This document shows, one piece after another, positions 58,964-64,000 of a stretch of DNA of 64,000 bases. The DNA lies in NCBI GenBank assembly GCA_016215025.1, contig JACRMI010000010.1, positions 12,331 to 76,330 on the forward strand. Direction: 5' to 3'. The notes beneath the pieces were generated by a model. The model made no database searches, had not been told where the DNA came from, and worked only from the letters and a program-made list of their open reading frames with translations. Source of the stretch: Chloroflexota bacterium (GTDB lineage: Bacteria > Chloroflexota > Anaerolineae > UBA4142). Position 1 is the stretch's first letter; each line of letters begins with the position of its first letter. The translations under genes and the position numbers were made by a program.

Positions 58964-59509
58964 ATGATGAGTACTCCTCAAACCCATCATCCCTTTGTCG
59001 AATTGGCGCGCCGTGCGGTTGAACTCTATGTGTTGGAACGCCAATATCTGCAAACGTCCGACGACCTCGAGCCTGAACTGCGCGCGCGCGCCGGCGCGTT
59101 CGTTTCAATTCACATGCTTGATGGCGAACTGCGCGGCTGTATCGGCACGATTGAGCCGTTGCGTGCGAACCTCGCTCAAGAAATTATCGATAACGCGATC
59201 AGTGCCGCTACCCGCGATCCACGTTTCCCTCCGGTCGAGCCGAGCGAACTAAGTCAACTCACCTTCTCCGTCGATGTGTTGACCGTGCCCGAACCCATCG
59301 ATTCGATCAAAGATCAAGACCCAAAAATTCACGGCTTGATCGTGCAATCGTTGCGTAACGAATGGAAGCGGGGATTGCTCCTACCCGATCTGGAAACGAT
59401 TAACACACCGGAAAAACAACTCCACTATACGCGAGTCTATAAAGCGAATATCACCGACCCGAAGGAACCGGTGCAACTCTACCGCTTTCGGGTCACGAGA
59501 TACCATTAA
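58964..59509 (+). CDS. AMMECR1-domain protein
   Basis: GCIGTIEP motif. The start is trimmed to MMSTPQ, with GGAGG 6 nt upstream. Confidence 0.75.
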   Translation: MMSTPQTHHPFVELARRAVELYVLERQYLQTSDDLEPELRARAGAFVSIHMLDGELRGCIGTIEPLRANLAQEIIDNAISAATRDPRFPPVEPSELSQLTFSVDVLTVPEPIDSIKDQDPKIHGLIVQSLRNEWKRGLLLPDLETINTPEKQLHYTRVYKANITDPKEPVQLYRFRVTRYH

Positions 59510-59550
59510 TGCCGACAATTTGATTTGACATTGTCGCGAGGGAGACCCGC

Positions 59551-60261
59551 TTGCGCCAATCAGTTTCAGCGCGGATGATTACTCTCGTTAGTTTTTTCTG
59601 GCTGATCGTGCTGAGTTGCCGCACCAGCGATTTGATCGCGCAAAACAGCCCACCGACGGCGACCAAAACGAGTACGGTTATGCGCACGGCTACCGTGCGC
59701 CCCACGTTCACGCCTGCCCCTCCAACTTTGCCTCCCACGGATACGCCGGTTCCGGTTGTCTTGAACCAACCCTTGCCCACGGTTCCGCTCATCGTGCCTA
59801 CGCGTCAACCAACAGCTCGTCCGGTCACACGCGCGCCCACGCCCTTTCGTTCTCCGATCCCAGCGCCCCCTGCGCCGACGGCGGATCTCTTCGGCGGATT
59901 TTATTATCGACCGGTGAACAAGGGTTGCGCGGATGCGCCGAACACCCGCATTCAAGGAATCGTTACGGAGAACGGCGTACCCAAGAACGGCGTCCGTGTT
60001 CGCGTCTCAGATTCAGACGGGGGTGGCGATACAAACGGTTTCGGAGATTTCATCACCGGCAATGATCCGAGTGATCCGAACCACACTTGTCCGGAATGCG
60101 CCGGCAAATATCGAATCAGTCCGTCAGAGGGTAGCCGTGTCGATGGTAACTGGTGGGTGTTTGTGATCGACAATGCTGGGAATCCTTTATCAAAAGGGGT
60201 TTTTATTCACACGCAAGATGGTCCCGGCTGCAATACGGCAACGGTTGATTTTGTGCACTAA
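59551..60261 (+). CDS. Secreted/lipoprotein paralog: Pro/Thr linker - beta-sandwich domain
   Basis: TATKTSTVMRTATVRPTFTPAPPTLPPTDTPVP linker. IQGIVTENGVPKNGVRVRVSDSDGG resembles a CarboxypepD_reg-like repeat. Confidence 0.55.
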   Translation: MRQSVSARMITLVSFFWLIVLSCRTSDLIAQNSPPTATKTSTVMRTATVRPTFTPAPPTLPPTDTPVPVVLNQPLPTVPLIVPTRQPTARPVTRAPTPFRSPIPAPPAPTADLFGGFYYRPVNKGCADAPNTRIQGIVTENGVPKNGVRVRVSDSDGGGDTNGFGDFITGNDPSDPNHTCPECAGKYRISPSEGSRVDGNWWVFVIDNAGNPLSKGVFIHTQDGPGCNTATVDFVH

Positions 60262-60285
60262 CAAAAACAAGGCCCAATCACATGG

Positions 60286-60654
60286 TTGACATTCAAAATG
60301 CAGTCGTCACCACCGCCGGAGCATATGTCTGCGTCGATGGTTTATATGTGTTTGCGATTGGGACTGAGACCCATAGTAGCGGCTTATCGTCGTGAGAAAA
60401 GAACGTTGTTGTCACTCATGTATCTTGCGCATGTCGATGAAATTCCTACTCCGTCTGGTGAGGTCAAAGGTTTGCTATTACTCAATACGGAAAATGTGCA
60501 TCGATTATGCCGAGAATCGCTCACGCTGGGACAATATTTGAGTAGCGGCGGCAAAGCCATATTGAACTATGAATTCGACTTGGGGCTTGTGCTAGAACCT
60601 TTCATACAACTTCGCTTGCTATCGAGACTATTGGTCGCACAATTTGGGGAATAA
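60286..60654 (+). CDS. Hypothetical protein (AT-richer ORF)
   Basis: 122-aa ORF with no recognised motif. Confidence 0.3.
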   Translation: MTFKMQSSPPPEHMSASMVYMCLRLGLRPIVAAYRREKRTLLSLMYLAHVDEIPTPSGEVKGLLLLNTENVHRLCRESLTLGQYLSSGGKAILNYEFDLGLVLEPFIQLRLLSRLLVAQFGE

Positions 60655-60674
60655 AAAAATTCGTTGTTTTGTCT

Positions 60675-61379
60675 TTACGTTCCTTGCGCTACCACCAGCG
60701 CACCTTCGATTACGATTCTCCGAAACGCTTCCGCATAGTCCATCCCAATCGCCCTGCCATTTTCGCGCGCTTGATTTTCGATGAACGCGCGCGCGGCTTG
60801 GTCCCACACGGTGGTCTGACTGCGATGCTGTTCCAACGCATGACGCTGCATCTCCATCGTCGCACTCACGTCGATAAAATGATTCGGCGCATCCGCGTTG
60901 AACAGCCATAGTTCGCCGATTGCCCATGCGGCAAGACCTTGCTCGCGCGCATCCGGATAGAACAGCGGCATCTTGGCGGCGATGCGCGCATCGACGGCGG
61001 CGCGCCCGGCGGCGAGATGATCGGGATGCAATTCATACCGCTTCCACGGATCGAATGCGAGCAAGAGATCGGGCTGGTATTTTCGATAGATCAGCGCAAG
61101 TTGCTTTCGCAATCCGAGGGTCGGCTGCAATTCGCCATCGGCATAACCAAGAAAGATGATCTCGCTGACGCCAAACTCTTTCGCCGCGTTGCCCTGTTCG
61201 ATGCGGCGTTGTGCGGCAAGCTGGGCTGAATCTGTTTGCGGATCGTAACTCCCCTTGTCGCCGTCGGTGCAAATCAAAAAAATGATTTCCGCGCCTTCAC
61301 GAGCAAATTTGCCGATGGTTCCCCCGGCATACCATTCCAAGTCGTCGGGATGCGCGCCAACACCTAATACTCTAGTCAT
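60675..61379 (-). CDS. LmbE/PIG-L family N-acetylglucosaminyl deacetylase
   Basis: VLGVGAHPDDLE motif. The start is trimmed to MTRVLGV at 61379, with GGAGGA 6 nt upstream. Confidence 0.8.
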   Translation of the reverse strand: MTRVLGVGAHPDDLEWYAGGTIGKFAREGAEIIFLICTDGDKGSYDPQTDSAQLAAQRRIEQGNAAKEFGVSEIIFLGYADGELQPTLGLRKQLALIYRKYQPDLLLAFDPWKRYELHPDHLAAGRAAVDARIAAKMPLFYPDAREQGLAAWAIGELWLFNADAPNHFIDVSATMEMQRHALEQHRSQTTVWDQAARAFIENQARENGRAIGMDYAEAFRRIVIEGALVVAQGT

Positions 61380-61390
61380 CGGTTCCTCCA

Positions 61391-61635
61391 AGTCGTCGTA
61401 GCGCGAGCGGCTCGCTCGCGACTCAAGTCAGCGTAGCACAAGCGGCTCGCTCGCGACTCAAGTCAGCGTAGCACAAGCGGCTCGCTCGCGACTCAAGTCA
61501 GCGTAGCACAAGCGGCTCGCTCGCGACTCAGGTCATCGTGGCACAAGCGGCTCGCTCGCGACTCAAGTCATCGTAGCGCGAGCGGCTCGCTCGCGACTCA
61601 AGTCAGCGTAGCACAAGCAGCTCGATCGCGTCTGA
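61391..61635. repeat. 35-bp tandem array, 7 copies, each carrying the 19-bp perfect palindrome CGCGAGCG-GCT-CGCTCGCG
   Basis: Units AGTCAGCGTAGCACAAGCGGCTCGCTCGCGACTCA at exact 35-bp phasing (61391, 61426, 61461, 61496, 61531, 61566, 61601). There are no unique spacers, so it is not CRISPR. Confidence 0.9.
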
Positions 61636-61778
61636 TCGTACGCCAGTTCTCATCGAAATGCAAAATTGATACGCAATCGTAACTCAACGGTTACCCAATC
61701 GTTACTTTTCTTTTCTAGCTAGTATGATATAATGCGGTTGTCGTTCCACAGAAACTATGACGACAACATAGAGGTCTT

Positions 61779-62891
61779 GTGAAGTCGTTTGCGCTAATAA
61801 CTGTGCCGCGGATTGGCATCGTTTTCTTGATCGGTATCGTTTTGGTCTTGGCAAGTTGTCAGCAGGTGGCAAATACTTTGCCTGCCAATCCCACATTGTC
61901 GGTACCGACTAGCACGCTTATCCCCTCCATCATCTCTGTGCCTACTGTTACGCCGACTTTTCCTCCCCCGCCTAAATCGCCGACTCTAACTGCTTCGCCC
62001 ATACCCTCGCTGGCATTCGCTCCGCCCTTGACGCGTCTGCCGACGGAGGCGCCCGAAATGATCGATGGTCGCGTCGGATACAGACCGATTCGCACGCCCG
62101 TAGCTCCTCAACCCACGCGTGCTTCGGTGCGACTCTTCAAAGATTCCGATCTCTATATCCATCTGCCACCCCAAGTTGATCAACGTCAACCTTTGCGTGT
62201 CCTTTTCGTTTTGCATGGTATGGGCGCGCGCGGGGATGCTTTTGCTCAATCACTCATTGCCGATGCGGACCGCAACAACTGGGTAATCGTCGCGCCAACC
62301 ATGGCGTTTCAAGATTACATGCAGCCCGCACTTGTCGTGGAAGACGATTTGAAAATTTCGCAGATGCTGATCGATACACTTGAGGTATTGCCAACGCGCC
62401 TCAACCTCAAATTGAATCGACGCGTATTGGTGTATGGATTTTCGCGCGGTGCGCAGTTGGCACATCGCTTTGCGTTGCTCCATCCCGAACGAGTTTCCAC
62501 GGTCGCTACGATGGCGGCAGGATCATATACGTTGCCGGTGGAATATCCCAAGGGTGACAATGTGAATCCTCTGCCGTTCCCGTATGGCGTCGGCGATTTC
62601 AAAAAGAACCTGGGTCATCCGCTCGACACGACCAATTTTTGCAAGGTGTCCTTTTGGATTGCGGTGGGCGAACGCGATAATCATCCGGGTGACGTTCCCC
62701 GCGCCTTCGATCCTTACGTCGGCCAAAATCGCATTGACCGCGCGCGCGCGTTTGCTAATGCGCTAAGTGGACTGGGGATGGATGCGCGGTTGATGATCTT
62801 TCCCAACACCGGGCACGAGATCACGAACGAAATGCGCAAAGGGGCCATCCAGTTTTTGCGTGAGGGCGATCTCAAGCTGAATTCGAATTAA
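61779..62891 (+). CDS. Secreted alpha/beta-hydrolase esterase (PHB-depolymerase/esterase-like) with Pro/Thr linker
   Basis: Signal/TM anchor, a PT linker, [12 protein letters not shown] and [10 protein letters not shown] (GxSxG). Confidence 0.7.
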   Translation: MKSFALITVPRIGIVFLIGIVLVLASCQQVANTLPANPTLSVPTSTLIPSIISVPTVTPTFPPPPKSPTLTASPIPSLAFAPPLTRLPTEAPEMIDGRVGYRPIRTPVAPQPTRASVRLFKDSDLYIHLPPQVDQRQPLRVLFVLHGMGARGDAFAQSLIADADRNNWVIVAPTMAFQDYMQPALVVEDDLKISQMLIDTLEVLPTRLNLKLNRRVLVYGFSRGAQLAHRFALLHPERVSTVATMAAGSYTLPVEYPKGDNVNPLPFPYGVGDFKKNLGHPLDTTNFCKVSFWIAVGERDNHPGDVPRAFDPYVGQNRIDRARAFANALSGLGMDARLMIFPNTGHEITNEMRKGAIQFLREGDLKLNSN

Positions 62892-62896
62892 GCCGG

Positions 62897-64000
62897 ATGA
62901 AGATTCCACTTGGCTTGACAATCCCTCTGAGAAACCCGTTTTCTCGACAGCTCTTGCGTCGCTCAGAAAACGGGTTTTTCGCTTGTCTCGTTGTTTTGTC
63001 GTTGACGAGTGCTTGCGCTCTCATCCAGCCCACTCCAACGCCAACCATAATTCCGACTCTGATTCCAACGAGTACGCCGATTCCAACGTCTACTGCGACA
63101 CCTCGTCCGACCAATACACTCGCTCCTGGCGTGACTCCGCCTACGCCGACCCGAACTCGTACGCCATCGATGACGCCGCTGCCCACATCAACCATTACGC
63201 GGACGACGGTTCCATCGCCGACGATGACACCTAGCCCGACTTTGTTTCCTCGCCCGACCGGCAAAATCAATCGCATCGATACGCGCTTTCGCAGCGTGTC
63301 GCTCAACATGGACCGACGCATTCTGATTTACTTGCCGCCCGGTTATGATCAGCAAGCCAAGCGGCGGTATCCCGTCCTGTATTTGCTGCACGGCTACGGC
63401 GGATTCGATCTTCCAACGACGACGCAATTGGAACAATGGGGACTGAAAGACCTTAGCGAATCCATGATGCTGTCCGGACAAATGCCGCCTGCTATCATCG
63501 TCCAACCCGATGGATTTATGCCCAGCCCTCAGGTTGGCGTGTGGGCATCGTACTGGTTCAATCATTCGCCGAATTCTGACAATCTCAAATGGGGCGATTA
63601 CGTTTGGAAGGACGTAGTCAATTTCGTCGATACGAATTATCGCACGATTCCCGACCGCGACCATCGCATCATCGCCGGATTTTCATTGGGTGGGACCGGC
63701 GCGTTGTCGATTGCGTTGCTGCACCCCGACCTGTTCAAGGTCGTTGGCGCACACAGTCCGACGTTTCGCGGAGCCGATGGATCGATTCCGTTCTTTGGCG
63801 ATGAAGCGTGGTATAATCAATTCGATCCGATCTGGCTCACCCAAAATACCAACGCGATCAAACAACTCGACATCTGGCTCGACGTTGGTACGGACGATAC
63901 CAACGTGCGCCGATGCGGTCCTGAGTCGGATCGCTGTGTCGAAGCATACGAAGTACTGCTCGTATCGAAGAATATCCCGCACATCTATCACGGCGAATGG
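62897..64000 (+). CDS. Secreted esterase-family protein (esterase D / enterochelin-esterase-like), partial at window end
   Basis: Frame-2 ORF absent from the track because it has no stop in the window. Contains a signal peptide ([14 protein letters not shown]), a TP-rich linker, then [12 protein letters not shown]...[10 protein letters not shown]. The start is uncertain: ATG at 62897 or TTG at 62954. Confidence 0.65.
   Translation, partial: MKIPLGLTIPLRNPFSRQLLRRSENGFFACLVVLSLTSACALIQPTPTPTIIPTLIPTSTPIPTSTATPRPTNTLAPGVTPPTPTRTRTPSMTPLPTSTITRTTVPSPTMTPSPTLFPRPTGKINRIDTRFRSVSLNMDRRILIYLPPGYDQQAKRRYPVLYLLHGYGGFDLPTTTQLEQWGLKDLSESMMLSGQMPPAIIVQPDGFMPSPQVGVWASYWFNHSPNSDNLKWGDYVWKDVVNFVDTNYRTIPDRDHRIIAGFSLGGTGALSIALLHPDLFKVVGAHSPTFRGADGSIPFFGDEAWYNQFDPIWLTQNTNAIKQLDIWLDVGTDDTNVRRCGPESDRCVEAYEVLLVSKNIPHIYHGEW

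Noticed and set aside
61391-61635. Possible CRISPR array
   Set aside because: The 35-bp units abut each other with no unique spacers, so this is a tandem minisatellite. There are no cas genes nearby.

Overview
The window is 64 kb of gene-dense bacterial chromosome, roughly 55-58% GC, carrying both core and accessory regions. Several secreted proteins have Pro/Thr-rich linkers and 'GTCATTCTGAGCG...' hairpin repeats are abundant. From these I infer a Chloroflexota-like origin; this is an inference, not a database result. Core content, in window order, is: (1) a partial murE, (2) a membrane-arm-only complex I cluster (nuoA-H-J-K-L-M-N, minus strand), (3) gpsA, (4) a [NiFe] uptake hydrogenase operon (hyaABC, hyaD), (5) a selenocysteine formate dehydrogenase-N (fdnGHI, fdhE), and (6) hydrogenase maturation genes (hypA, hypF, hypC, hypD, hypE). 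Accessory content includes a BrnT/BrnA-like toxin-antitoxin pair and three paralogous STAND-type ATPases. One ATPase is standalone. One is fused to a C-terminal OmpR-type winged helix. One sits at the N-terminus of a 1400-aa protein with the architecture STAND ATPase - TPR - FHA - FHA - ABC ATPase - ABC-2 permease, preceded by a strongly translated Cys-rich micro-protein. There is also a PspA - PBP-like - PBP-like/vWA - flotillin - coiled-coil membrane protein island. Other accessory genes are paralogous secreted glycoside-hydrolase-like and esterase proteins and low-GC insertions. The most unusual feature is the large number of 'simple-repeat palindromes'. Nearly every intergenic gap in the nuo, hya, fdn and hyp operons holds a hairpin with a short motif tandemly repeated on one arm and its reverse complement on the other. 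Three such elements sit in-frame inside hypF. There are five copies of a 'GTCAT(T/G)CTGAGCG' hairpin family and a seven-copy 35-bp tandem array with an embedded 19-bp perfect palindrome. No rRNA, tRNA or CRISPR array was recognised.
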